From Escherichia coli (GTDB taxonomy: Bacteria > Pseudomonadota > Gammaproteobacteria > Enterobacterales > Enterobacteriaceae), in NCBI RefSeq assembly GCF_013315695.1, contig NZ_CP054353.1: a stretch of DNA of 64,000 bases; one strand, written 5' to 3'. The position numbers and the translations under genes were made by a program. The notes below the pieces were generated by a model. That model ran no database searches. It was not told where the DNA came from and saw nothing but the letters and a program-made list of their open reading frames with translations. Positions 33,203 through 43,653 of the stretch are shown here, piece after piece (position 1 is the first letter of the stretch; each line of letters begins with the position of its first letter).

Positions 33203-36200
33203 TTAGTGAACGCGGTTAAAAATAAAAGGCATCACGGTGGTGAATAATGCTGCTTTCGGCCAGGCCGGATTAATCGCCGTCAATTCAGCGCGAGCAGATT
33301 CATAGTGCGCAACCTCCCCGAGTCCCGCGGACGCCAGCATCGCCACCATCAGGCATTTTTCTTTATGCTGCTGTTGTAAATCGCCATACAGCGACAACAG
33401 GTCAGGTTGTGAAACAGCAAAGAAATCCGCCTCAATACTGGTTTTCGCCATCTCTTGCGCCCACTGTTTCATTTCACTAAACAGTTGCTGTGCGGTTTGC
33501 TGTTCACCCAGCAGTCGCAGCGCCATTCCTTGCCAGAAGAGATAATCAACCGGCTGATCGTTGTAATAACTGTGAATGTTAATGGTGCGATCGCCAGTCG
33601 CCGCCAGACGTAAACAACGCATCGCTTCAGTTTCATCACCCTGCGCGTTGGCGCATATCGCCTGCCAGAACCAGATGTCGTTATCAGTTTGCCCCGGTAA
33701 ACGGCCTTCGCTTAAATTCTCCGGATAATGCAGCGCGGCATGAAGCAGTTCGCTGGCCTGCTGCGACTCTCTGGCATCAAGATGCTGCCAGGCGCGTAAT
33801 AACTGGTTGAGGATAAACTGACTGGTGATCTTCCCTTCCCCGCCTTCCCACGGGTGGAATTTGCGCGTGGCGAGAATGTCCGCCGCTTTGTCTGCCTGCC
33901 CCGTGAGATGCCACAAATTGAGCAGTTCTGCGGTCATGTCGTCGCGTTTCAGCGCAATTTCCAGATTATTTTCCAGACGCGCCAGTCGTTTCTCCGGTGT
34001 GGCTCCGCTTAACTTATCCAGCAAATCCCGTTCGAAAAGCAGACGTGCATCCTGCGGCGCAAGCTGATAAGCATTATCAAGATAACGCGCGGCCAGCTCA
34101 TAATCGTGCTGCTTATTCCACGCATGGATCGCTAACCCGCGCCAGCCGTCGGCAAACTCCGGCGACATCTCTACGCAACGTTGCCATAAGGCAATGGCTT
34201 TGCCGTAGCTACGCTTGTTGTAGTAGAAGCAGGCCAATAAATGACGGGCAAACCAGCACTCTTCAATACTCTCCAGCGCCGCCACTTCTTCCAGCGTATT
34301 CGGGAAACGGACAAACTGTGGGAAGACATCAATGGCTTTTGCGACCAGTTCGCCGCGTTTAGCTTTCGGCAATAAACTCGCCTGCAGATAAAGCGGCAGC
34401 GTGCGCTGGCAGTCCAGTGCGTTCAGCATCTCTGCCGCCAGGGCGGGCATGCCCCAGTTAATCAGTTGCCCGGCGGTCATCAGGGCGTTAACGTCTCGTC
34501 CCTGACACAGACCGCGCCACTGCGCGAGGGCTGATTCGCTACGACCATCGAACCAGTTCAGCCACCACAGAGTGGCGTTCAGCGGATAATCGCGCAGCAG
34601 TTTCTCGCGCTGCAAACGCGCGTTGTCCTGACGACCACTTAACACCAGCAGCAGATTATGCAGGCAAAGCACTTCCTGATTGGTTGGGCAGGCGCGAAGA
34701 CTTTGTTGGCAAAAATCCAGACCAGCGTCGAAGTGACCATTACGCGCCGCCAGTCGTGCCAGACCATAATAGCCACCGGCTTTGCTGTTGCCGCTCCAGA
34801 CCGCCCGCCAGAAATCCTCTTCGGCTTGTTGATATTGTCCCTGACGTTCGTAAGCACTGGCGCGAATCAAACTGGCCTGTCCGCACTGCGGATTTTTGTT
34901 CAGCGCATGTGCGCGTTTTAGCGCCTGAGTGGCATACGCCACCGCTTGCGGGAAATCGGCGCGGTTATATTCCAGCATCGCCAGCGCCAGGTTACAGCGA
35001 TAATCCAGCGGATCCAGCGCCACGCCGCGCAGGTAGTAATCGAACGGTGAACGGCTGGCGTGATGATATTGCTCCAGATGCTGACCGATAAACCAGGCTT
35101 CATCTGTACTGGTAATGTCTTGTGCTGACAGTGGCGCTTTGGCGACGTCCGGCAACGGCAACGCTTGCGGCTGATGTTCCTGATAACTCAGTATGATATT
35201 GCCGTCGGCATCGGAGAGCTCAATGGTTAGTCTGTCAGGATTGATACCGTGCAACACGCCCTGGATGGCGGTCGCTGGCATCAGTGCCACGGCATCATCA
35301 AGTAACGCGTTGCATTTGCCGATTTCGCGGATCGCCAGGCGGTATCCGTTCAACGGAGAGATGGCATACAGCCCCCACTCAATCCCCCGCTCGCTACGCT
35401 GGAGTTTTATCACCGCATCGCGGGAGGCATTTTGCACCATGCCCAGAGAATGGTAAGGCAGGAAATACTGCTCGAAACGCTTCTCTTCGTACGCATCAAG
35501 CCAGGTAAAATCAGGCTGGTTATCGGCAAAAATACCGGTCATCAGTTCGATATATGGGCCGTTATTGTCGGTCAGGCTCTTATCCCACGCCTGGCCGAAT
35601 TCACTGTGTCCCCAGCTCCACTGTTTTTTACCTGGCGCGATGTGGTGGTTGGCAACGTGTAGCAAACCGCCATCTTCATCGTGACACCATGCGCCAACAA
35701 AATCGTACTGCGATTTTTCGGCCATATACGAAGTCGGCACTGGCACATTTTTATAGCGAGAGATGTCCACTCCGGCGGAGTAGTCCACTTTGTAGTAAGT
35801 GCCGGTGGCGATGGGGAAAGCGGAGACGGCCCGTTTGCCGTGATCAAACACCGCCGTTACATCCGGCGGGAAGACGCTCTGATGCCCTTCACCCCCTTTC
35901 ACTGCCGGGTTGGCCCACCACAAGAAATGACGCGGCGTGGCGTTGCCGTTATAGACGCGGCTGGCGATTTCCAGCGCCGCCCGGTCAGGGCGCAGGGTGA
36001 AACCTGTCATCACCTGTAAACCATGCATCGGCTCCGTTTCGCCTACCCACACCGTCTGTGCGCCGTCTTCATGGGCTTCGAGGGTGAAATCAACGGGCAT
36101 AAAGGTGGTCGGGCGATGGTGTTGCGGCCAGTTAAACTCAATCCCGCCGGAGATCCACGGTCCCAGCAGCCCCACCAGCGCAGGTTTAATGACTTCATTG

Positions 36201-36484
36201 TGATAGACAAAATCGCGCTGTTTCACTTTATCCCATGCGCGATGCACCCGACCGCCCAGTTCCGGCAGGATCATCACTTTGATGTAGTCGTTTTCCAGCC
36301 ACACCGTCTGCCAGGATTTCAGGGTTTTCTGCTCGCTCAGCGTATCGGTCACGCCGTAGGGATAAACCGCGCCGGACGATCCCTGATAAACGCGATTTTC
36401 CAGGAACATGGGATGTATATCCTGCGGCCCGGTTTCATAGGTCGGGATCTCAACGCGCTCTTGCCACACTTTTACTGGAGTCAT
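33203..36484 (-). CDS. yphG: Large uncharacterised cytoplasmic protein YphG with C-terminal TPR-like repeats, 1093 aa
   Basis: ATG at 36484 with GAGGG upstream; product starts MTPVKVWQERVEIPTYETG. Repeated helical TPR-like segments in the C-terminal half. Track ORF extends 31 codons upstream. Confidence 0.88.
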   Translation of the reverse strand: MTPVKVWQERVEIPTYETGPQDIHPMFLENRVYQGSSGAVYPYGVTDTLSEQKTLKSWQTVWLENDYIKVMILPELGGRVHRAWDKVKQRDFVYHNEVIKPALVGLLGPWISGGIEFNWPQHHRPTTFMPVDFTLEAHEDGAQTVWVGETEPMHGLQVMTGFTLRPDRAALEIASRVYNGNATPRHFLWWANPAVKGGEGHQSVFPPDVTAVFDHGKRAVSAFPIATGTYYKVDYSAGVDISRYKNVPVPTSYMAEKSQYDFVGAWCHDEDGGLLHVANHHIAPGKKQWSWGHSEFGQAWDKSLTDNNGPYIELMTGIFADNQPDFTWLDAYEEKRFEQYFLPYHSLGMVQNASRDAVIKLQRSERGIEWGLYAISPLNGYRLAIREIGKCNALLDDAVALMPATAIQGVLHGINPDRLTIELSDADGNIILSYQEHQPQALPLPDVAKAPLSAQDITSTDEAWFIGQHLEQYHHASRSPFDYYLRGVALDPLDYRCNLALAMLEYNRADFPQAVAYATQALKRAHALNKNPQCGQASLIRASAYERQGQYQQAEEDFWRAVWSGNSKAGGYYGLARLAARNGHFDAGLDFCQQSLRACPTNQEVLCLHNLLLVLSGRQDNARLQREKLLRDYPLNATLWWLNWFDGRSESALAQWRGLCQGRDVNALMTAGQLINWGMPALAAEMLNALDCQRTLPLYLQASLLPKAKRGELVAKAIDVFPQFVRFPNTLEEVAALESIEECWFARHLLACFYYNKRSYGKAIALWQRCVEMSPEFADGWRGLAIHAWNKQHDYELAARYLDNAYQLAPQDARLLFERDLLDKLSGATPEKRLARLENNLEIALKRDDMTAELLNLWHLTGQADKAADILATRKFHPWEGGEGKITSQFILNQLLRAWQHLDARESQQASELLHAALHYPENLSEGRLPGQTDNDIWFWQAICANAQGDETEAMRCLRLAATGDRTINIHSYYNDQPVDYLFWQGMALRLLGEQQTAQQLFSEMKQWAQEMAKTSIEADFFAVSQPDLLSLYGDLQQQHKEKCLMVAMLASAGLGEVAHYESARAELTAINPAWPKAALFTTVMPFIFNRVH

Positions 36485-36601
36485 GGTGCCCTCAATATTA
36501 ACAAGACATACTGAATTAAAAGATTTGTGGCAGTGTATTGAACAATCTGGCAATGTTTTCGCGGAATAATCACGCAATTAACTAAACAAGGTTTAGTGAA
36601 G

Positions 36602-37795
36602 ATGAGAGCCTGCATTAATAATCAACAGATTCGCCACCATAACAAATGCGTGATTCTGGAACTGCTGTACCGGCAAAAGCGCGCCAATAAATCAACGCTG
36701 GCCCGGCTGGCGCAAATTTCGATTCCGGCGGTCAGTAATATTTTGCAGGAACTGGAAAGCGAAAAACGGGTGGTGAATATCGACGATGAAAGTCAGACGC
36801 GCGGACATAGTAGCGGTACATGGCTGATTGCGCCGGAAGGTGACTGGACGCTGTGTCTGAACGTGACGCCCACCAGCATTGAGTGTCAGGTCGCTAATGC
36901 CTGTTTAAGTCCGAAAGGCGAATTTGAGTATTTACAGATTGATGCACCGACGCCGCAGGCGCTGCTGTCCGAAATCGAAAAATGCTGGCATCGCCACCGT
37001 AAATTGTGGCCGGACCGTACCATCAACCTGGCGCTGGCAATCCACGGTCAGGTTGATCCGGTGACTGGCGTGTCGCAAACCATGCCGCAAGCGCCGTGGA
37101 CAACGCCGGTTGAGGTAAAGTATCTGCTGGAAGAGAAGCTCGGCATTCGGGTGATGGTCGATAATGACTGCGTGATGCTGGCGCTGGCGGAGAAATGGCA
37201 AAATAATTCGCAGGAACGGGATTTCTGCGTGATCAACGTTGATTACGGTATTGGCTCGTCGTTCGTGATTAACGAGCAAATTTATCGCGGCAGTTTGTAT
37301 GGTAGCGGACAGATTGGTCACACCATCGTTAATCCGGATGGTGTCGTCTGCGACTGCGGACGTTACGGCTGCCTGGAAACCGTCGCCTCGTTAAGCGCAT
37401 TAAAAAAACAGGCGCGGGTATGGCTAAAATCACAACCGGTTAATACTCAGCTTGATCCTGAAAAACTGACAACAGCGCAGTTAATCGCTGCCTGGCAGAG
37501 TGGAGAACCGTGGATCACCAGTTGGGTTGATCGCTCTGCCAACGCCATTGGTTTGAGTCTGTATAACTTCCTCAACATCCTCAATATTAATCAGATTTGG
37601 TTGTACGGTCGCAGTTGTGCCTTTGGTGAGAACTGGCTTAATACCATTATTCGCCAGACGGGATTTAACCCGTTCGACCGCGACGAAGGACCGAGCGTGA
37701 AAGCGACGCAAATTGGCTTTGGGCAATTAAGCCGCGCACAGCAGGTGCTGGGAATTGGCTATTTGTATGTTGAGGCGCAGTTACGGCAGATTTAA
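36602..37795 (+). CDS. yphH: ROK-family (NagC/XylR-like) transcriptional regulator YphH, 397 aa
   Basis: N-terminal helix-turn-helix; CDCGRYGCLE zinc motif typical of ROK proteins; divergent from yphG. Start at ATG 36602 (track ORF starts at GTG 36596). Confidence 0.88.
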   Translation: MRACINNQQIRHHNKCVILELLYRQKRANKSTLARLAQISIPAVSNILQELESEKRVVNIDDESQTRGHSSGTWLIAPEGDWTLCLNVTPTSIECQVANACLSPKGEFEYLQIDAPTPQALLSEIEKCWHRHRKLWPDRTINLALAIHGQVDPVTGVSQTMPQAPWTTPVEVKYLLEEKLGIRVMVDNDCVMLALAEKWQNNSQERDFCVINVDYGIGSSFVINEQIYRGSLYGSGQIGHTIVNPDGVVCDCGRYGCLETVASLSALKKQARVWLKSQPVNTQLDPEKLTTAQLIAAWQSGEPWITSWVDRSANAIGLSLYNFLNILNINQIWLYGRSCAFGENWLNTIIRQTGFNPFDRDEGPSVKATQIGFGQLSRAQQVLGIGYLYVEAQLRQI

Positions 37796-37972
37796 CTGAT
37801 ATAACAATGAGATGACTATTCTACAGAACTGCGATTGGTATATCCGCTGAAACATGATGCTGCAGATGTCACAAAGCAATTATCTGAAAAAATGAAGATT
37901 ATCAATTTTATCTTTAAAAAATCTTAGATGCCCGGTTATTATAAGTGATATTTTAAATACGGAATTATTGTT

Positions 37973-38170
37973 ATGGATAACCCTGGTCCTCTTGCTGCGC
38001 TTATGTTTGGCTTTGTTATGTTGGTGTTACTAATTTTCATGTTCGCCTTTTATTTCATTGGGCGCTCAATTAAAAATAAAATAATATCTACAATATTTAT
38101 TGTTCTCTCTACCATTTCATTAATATTGATAATTACATTTGCTTTTTTTATTATTCATATATTGCAATAA
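37973..38170 (+). CDS. Hypothetical small membrane protein, 65 aa, two predicted transmembrane helices
   Basis: ORF MDNPGPLAALMFGFVMLVLLIFMFAFYFIGRSIKNKIISTIFIVLSTISLILIITFAFFIIHILQ; AT-rich; followed by a hairpin terminator; weak ribosome-binding site. Confidence 0.35.
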   Translation: MDNPGPLAALMFGFVMLVLLIFMFAFYFIGRSIKNKIISTIFIVLSTISLILIITFAFFIIHILQ

Positions 38171-38187
38171 ACTTCACCTTTTTAGTC

Positions 38188-38216
38188 AAAAGGCTTCCCG
38201 AAGGAAGCCTTTTTTC
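38188..38216. terminator. Bidirectional intrinsic terminator between the small ORF and glyA
   Basis: AAGGCTTCC(cgaa)GGAAGCCTT flanked by A-run and T-run. Confidence 0.75.
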
Positions 38217-38235
38217 AACAGATTAACCGTTTCGC

Positions 38236-39489
38236 TTATGCGTAAACCGGATAACGTGCGCAGATGTCGAGAACTTTACCTTTGATGCGCTCGATAACAG
38301 CTTCATCATTGATGCTGTCCAGCACGTCACACATCCAGCCAGCCAGTTCTTTCGCTTCGGCTTCTTTAAAGCCACGACGGGTAATCGCCGGAGTACCTAC
38401 ACGAATACCGGAAGTCACAAATGGGCTCTTCGGATCGTTCGGTACGCTGTTTTTGTTGACAGTGATGTTAGCACGGCCCAGAGCGGCGTCTGCTTCTTTA
38501 CCGGTCAGGTTTTTATCAACCAGATCAACCAGGAACAGGTGGTTATCAGTACCGCCGGAAACCACTTTGTAGCCGCGTTCGAGGAACACTTCTACCATCG
38601 CTTTGGCGTTTTTCGCGACCTGCTGCTGGTAAGTTTTGAACTCAGGTTCCATCGCTTCTTTCAGAGCAACCGCTTTACCGGCGATTACGTGCATCAACGG
38701 ACCGCCCTGACCACCAGGGAAAACGGCAGAGTTCAGTTTTTTGTACAGCTCTTCGCTACCACCTTTCGCCAGGATCAGGCCGCCGCGCGGACCCGCCAGG
38801 GTTTTGTGAGTGGTGGTAGTAACAACGTGAGCATGAGGAACCGGGTTCGGGTAGACGCCAGCAGCAACCAGGCCCGCAACGTGCGCCATATCAACGAACA
38901 GGTAAGCACCGATGCTGTCAGCGATTTCACGCATTTTCGCCCAGTCCACCACGCCGGAATATGCAGAGAAGCCACCGATAATCATTTTCGGTTTGTGTTC
39001 TTTGGCTTGTTTTTCCAGATCGGCGTAGTCGATATGACCGGTAGCATCGATACCGTAAGGAACGATGTTGTACAGTTTACCGGAGAAGTTAACCGGAGAA
39101 CCGTGAGTCAGGTGACCGCCATGCGCCAGATTCATACCCAGAACGGTATCGCCTGGTTCCAGCAACGCAGTGTACACCGCAAAGTTAGCCTGGGAGCCGG
39201 AGTGCGGCTGGACGTTAGCGTAGTCAGCGCCGAACAGTTCTTTCGCACGATCGATCGCCAGTTGTTCAACGATATCAACATACTCGCAACCGCCGTAGTA
39301 GCGTTTGCCCGGATAACCTTCAGCATATTTGTTGGTCAGCTGAGAACCCTGAGCCTGCATTACGCGCGGGCTGGTGTAGTTTTCGGAGGCGATCAGTTCG
39401 ATGTGCTCTTCCTGACGTACTTTTTCCTGCTCCATAGCCTGCCACAGTTCGGCATCATAATCGGCAATGTTCATTTCACGCTTTAACAT
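38236..39489 (-). CDS. glyA: Serine hydroxymethyltransferase, 417 aa
   Basis: ATG at 39489 gives [16 protein letters not shown]...; PLP-lysine motif [14 protein letters not shown]. Confidence 0.96.
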
Positions 39490-39767
39490 CCGCATCTCCT
39501 GACTCAGCTAACAATAAAATTTTTGGCCTTTATAGGCGGTCCTGTTGGACAACGGCGAACAGTATAACCGAATCATTGTGCGATAACAGGTCTTGACAAA
39601 GGAATTTACGCAAACGATTACCTTCAGGCTACGCAAGGCTTTGGAGAATAAAGAGCTTGCAACCGGAAACGGATTTCTTTTCAGGTTTGTGATGCAAATT
39701 TTTCACTTCATCACATTCTTTCTGAAAAACACCAAAGAACCATTTACATTGCAGGGCTATTTTTTAT

Positions 39768-39800
39768 AAGATGCATTTTAGATACATCAATTAAGATGCA
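39768..39800 (+). promoter_or_regulatory. hmp promoter with NsrR-type operator
   Basis: AAGATGCATTTTAGATACATCAATTAAGATGCA directly upstream of the hmp start; resembles the NsrR inverted-repeat motif from memory. Confidence 0.55.
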
Positions 39801-39817
39801 AAAAAAAGGAAGACCAT

Positions 39818-41008
39818 ATGCTTGACGCTCAAACCATCGCTACAGTAAAAGCCACCATCCCTTTACTGGTGGAAACGGGACCAAAGTTAACCGCCCATTT
39901 CTACGACCGTATGTTTACTCATAACCCAGAACTCAAAGAAATTTTTAACATGAGTAACCAGCGCAATGGCGATCAACGTGAAGCCCTGTTTAACGCTATT
40001 GCCGCCTACGCCAGCAATATTGAAAACCTGCCTGCGCTGCTGCCAGCGGTAGAAAAAATCGCGCAGAAGCACACCAGTTTCCAGATCAAACCGGAACAGT
40101 ACAACATCGTCGGTGAACACCTGTTGGCAACGCTGGACGAAATGTTCAGCCCGGGGCAGGAAGTGCTGGACGCGTGGGGTAAAGCCTATGGCGTCCTGGC
40201 TAATGTATTTATCAATCGCGAGGCGGAAATCTATAACGAAAACGCCAGCAAAGCCGGTGGTTGGGAAGGTACTCGCGATTTCCGCATTGTGGCTAAAACA
40301 CCGCGCAGCGCGCTTATCACCAGCTTCGAACTGGAGCCGGTCGACGGTGGCGCAGTGGCAGAATACCGTCCGGGGCAATATCTCGGCGTCTGGCTGAAGC
40401 CGGAAGGTTTCCCGCATCAGGAAATTCGTCAGTACTCTTTGACTCGCAAACCGGATGGCAAAGGCTATCGTATTGCGGTGAAACGCGAAGATGGCGGGCA
40501 GGTATCCAACTGGCTGCACAATCACGCCAATGTTGGCGATGTCGTGAAACTGGTTGCTCCAGCAGGTGATTTCTTTATGGCTGTCGCAGATGACACACCA
40601 GTGACGTTAATCTCTGCCGGTGTCGGTCAAACGCCAATGCTGGCAATGCTCGACACGCTGGCAAAAGCTGGCCACACAGCACAAGTGAACTGGTTCCATG
40701 CGGCAGAAAATGGCGATGTTCACGCCTTTGCCGATGAAGTTAAGGAACTGGGGCAAGCACTGCCGCGCTTTACCGCGCACACCTGGTATCGTCAGCCAAG
40801 CGAAGCCGATCGCGCTAAAGGTCAGTTTGATAGCGAAGGTCTGATGGATTTGAGCAAACTGGAAGGTGCGTTCAGCGATCCGACAATGCAGTTCTATCTC
40901 TGCGGCCCGGTTGGCTTCATGCAGTTTGCCGCGAAACAGTTAGTGGATCTGGGCGTGAAGCAGGAAAACATTCATTACGAATGCTTTGGCCCGCATAAGG
41001 TGCTGTGA
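39818..41008 (+). CDS. hmp: Flavohemoprotein (NO dioxygenase), 396 aa
   Basis: N-terminal globin domain plus FAD/NAD reductase domain (RQYS motif). Confidence 0.96.
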   Translation: MLDAQTIATVKATIPLLVETGPKLTAHFYDRMFTHNPELKEIFNMSNQRNGDQREALFNAIAAYASNIENLPALLPAVEKIAQKHTSFQIKPEQYNIVGEHLLATLDEMFSPGQEVLDAWGKAYGVLANVFINREAEIYNENASKAGGWEGTRDFRIVAKTPRSALITSFELEPVDGGAVAEYRPGQYLGVWLKPEGFPHQEIRQYSLTRKPDGKGYRIAVKREDGGQVSNWLHNHANVGDVVKLVAPAGDFFMAVADDTPVTLISAGVGQTPMLAMLDTLAKAGHTAQVNWFHAAENGDVHAFADEVKELGQALPRFTAHTWYRQPSEADRAKGQFDSEGLMDLSKLEGAFSDPTMQFYLCGPVGFMQFAAKQLVDLGVKQENIHYECFGPHKVL

Positions 41009-41014
41009 TTTGAT

Positions 41015-41038
41015 GTTGCCGGATGGAAACATCCGGCA
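41015..41038. terminator. Bidirectional terminator between hmp and glnB
   Basis: TTGCCGGATG(gaaa)CATCCGGCAA hairpin. Confidence 0.7.
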
Positions 41039-41052
41039 ACCCTTGACGCGGT

Positions 41053-41427
<375 letters not shown>

Positions 41428-41451
41428 CTAAACGTAACACATAACGCCAAT

Positions 41452-42786
41452 TCATTCCTTGAAATCGTTTGCATCCAGCTCGTGTCGGGAAAGCAGTTTA
41501 TAAAATTCTGTCCGGTTGCGCCCCGCCATTCTCGCCGCGTGGGTGACGTTGCCTTTGGTAATTTGCAGCAGCTTACGCAAATAGTTGAGTTCAAACTGAT
41601 TACGTGCCTCAACAAAGGTTGGCAGCGCCGTATTTTCACCCTCCAGCGCCTGCTCCACCAGCGCATCACTAATCACCGGAGATGAGGTCAGCGCCACGCA
41701 CTGTTCAATCACGTTGACCAACTGGCGCACATTACCCGGCCAGCTAGCGGTCATCAGGCGTTTCATCGCATCGGTGGAGAACGCGCGGACAAACGGTTTA
41801 TGTCGCTCTGCCGCCTGGCGCAACAGGTGATTTGCCAGTAGCGGAATGTCTTCTGTGCGCTCCGCCAGTGCCGGAATTTTCAGGCTGACAACGTTGAGGC
41901 GGTAATAGAGATCTTCGCGGAATTCCCCGCGCGCCATCGCTTTTGGCAGGTCGCGGTGAGTGGCAGAAATAATCCGCACGTCGATATCAATATCGCGGTT
42001 ACTGCCCAGCGGGCGCACTTTACGCTCCTGCAACACGCGCAGCAGTTTGACCTGCAACGGTGCGGGCATATCGCCAATCTCATCGAGAAATAGCGTACCG
42101 CCTTCCGCCGCCTGGAATAAACCTTCGCGATTGCTGACAGCGCCAGTAAACGCGCCACGCGCATGACCAAACAGCTCCGACTCCAGCAATTGCTCGGGCA
42201 ATGCGCCACAGTTAATAGCAATAAATGGTTTGCTGTTGCGCGGGCTGGCGTTGTGGATAGCCTGGGCGAAAATCTCTTTCCCGGTGCCGCTCTGGCCGTT
42301 AATCAAAACGCTAACGTCTGATTGCGCCACCAGCCGCGCCTGTTCCAGCAAACGCAGCATCAGCGGGCTGCGGGTGACAATCGCCTCGCGCCAGCGTTCG
42401 TCGGTGGCTGGCGCGGATTGTTCCAGCGCATCGTCAATTGCCTGATATAGCGCGTCTTTATCGACAGGCTTGGTGAGGAAACTAAAAACGCCCTGCTGTG
42501 TTGCTGCAACGGCATCGGGAATAGAACCATGCGCGGTAAGAATAATTACCGGCATTCCAGGCTGCACTTTCTGGATTTCAGCAAATAGCTGCATACCATC
42601 CATTTCATCCATTCGCAGGTCGCTGATGACTAAATCTACTTTTTCGCGATTCAGTACCCGTAATCCTTCAGCGCCACTTTCCGCTGTGACCACGCTGTAG
42701 CCTTCGCTGGTCAGACGCAGGCCAAGCAGTTTCAGCAATCCCGGATCGTCATCGACCAATAATAAATGCGCAGGTTTATGGCTCAT
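41452..42786 (-). CDS. glrR: Sigma54-dependent response regulator GlrR (YfhA/QseF), 444 aa
   Basis: ATG at 42786 gives [18 protein letters not shown]...; AAA+ Walker A GQSGTGKE and ESELFGH motif; C-terminal helix-turn-helix. Confidence 0.93.
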   Translation of the reverse strand: MSHKPAHLLLVDDDPGLLKLLGLRLTSEGYSVVTAESGAEGLRVLNREKVDLVISDLRMDEMDGMQLFAEIQKVQPGMPVIILTAHGSIPDAVAATQQGVFSFLTKPVDKDALYQAIDDALEQSAPATDERWREAIVTRSPLMLRLLEQARLVAQSDVSVLINGQSGTGKEIFAQAIHNASPRNSKPFIAINCGALPEQLLESELFGHARGAFTGAVSNREGLFQAAEGGTLFLDEIGDMPAPLQVKLLRVLQERKVRPLGSNRDIDIDVRIISATHRDLPKAMARGEFREDLYYRLNVVSLKIPALAERTEDIPLLANHLLRQAAERHKPFVRAFSTDAMKRLMTASWPGNVRQLVNVIEQCVALTSSPVISDALVEQALEGENTALPTFVEARNQFELNYLRKLLQITKGNVTHAARMAGRNRTEFYKLLSRHELDANDFKE

Positions 42787-43489
42787 CAGGAGTGACCTCA
42801 TCGGTGGATGGCGCGGGCTTTTCACTCTCGTGCGGCGTATCCGGCGAGAAATTTCCAGCCGGTTTGCGGGTCGAGAGCTGGCGTTCAATATCAGTCAGGT
42901 TTTCCAGCTTGCGGGTGGTGAGTTCCAGTTGCTGCTGTAGAACGTGATATTGCTGGCGCAAAGTATCCAGCTCGCTGTCGCTGGACTGCTGGAGTTTACT
43001 GTAGCGTTGGCGCTCTTCCGCCAGTTGCAGTTGCAGCGCCTGACCGTCGCGCCAAAGTTGATACAGAGGGCGAACCTGTGCCGGGATCTCGGTACTTAGC
43101 GCATCAATGCGCGCGACCAGCTGGCGGCACTCATACGGCGTAATTTTGGCGTCGGCGAGCAAAATCCCTTGTTTAAAGGTATTTTGCCAGCTGCCGTCGT
43201 CATATTGGCGGGCTTGCTGACGCGACTGCGCAGGCATTAAACGATCAGCACAATCCATCGCCCGCAGCCAGTAAAGCGGATTGGTTTCGGTTGATTTACC
43301 TTGCAGCGCCCAGATGTCGCTACATTCAGTAGAAAGATAGTCAGCCAGTTGATAAACCGGAATTTTTTCTTCTGCTGGCGTATCAATGGCTGGCTTATTG
43401 TGACTCTGCACGCAACCCAGCAATGCCAGACATGGCAGCCCTGCCAGCCACAGCCGTCGGGGCAATAATCGTTGAAAAATGTGTCGCAT
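42776..43489 (-). CDS. qseG: Outer-membrane lipoprotein QseG (YfhG), 237 aa
   Basis: MRHIFQRLLPRRLWLAGLPCLALLGC lipobox; 11-bp overlap with the glrR start. Confidence 0.9.
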   Translation of the reverse strand: MRHIFQRLLPRRLWLAGLPCLALLGCVQSHNKPAIDTPAEEKIPVYQLADYLSTECSDIWALQGKSTETNPLYWLRAMDCADRLMPAQSRQQARQYDDGSWQNTFKQGILLADAKITPYECRQLVARIDALSTEIPAQVRPLYQLWRDGQALQLQLAEERQRYSKLQQSSDSELDTLRQQYHVLQQQLELTTRKLENLTDIERQLSTRKPAGNFSPDTPHESEKPAPSTDEVTPDEP

Positions 43490-43653
43490 ATTCACCAGAC
43501 TTAATGCCTATCCCAGTGGGCGTAATTGTTGCAGGCAGTTTGGACATGGACAGCGCGGAGAAACCGGAGCGTACACGTCGTACGTGAGGATTTCGAGCAC
43601 TGCCCGGGGCCGAACTGGCAAATAAAATAGCCTGATGGGATAGGCTGTTAGCA

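Noticed and set aside
33198-36600. Shared 13-mer AAGGTTTAGTGAA at 33198-33210 (upstream of yphF) and 36588-36600 (at the yphH start) as a possible YphH operator
   Set aside because: Tens of exact 13-mer repeats are expected by chance in 64 kb, and there is no palindromic structure or extended similarity around the matches.
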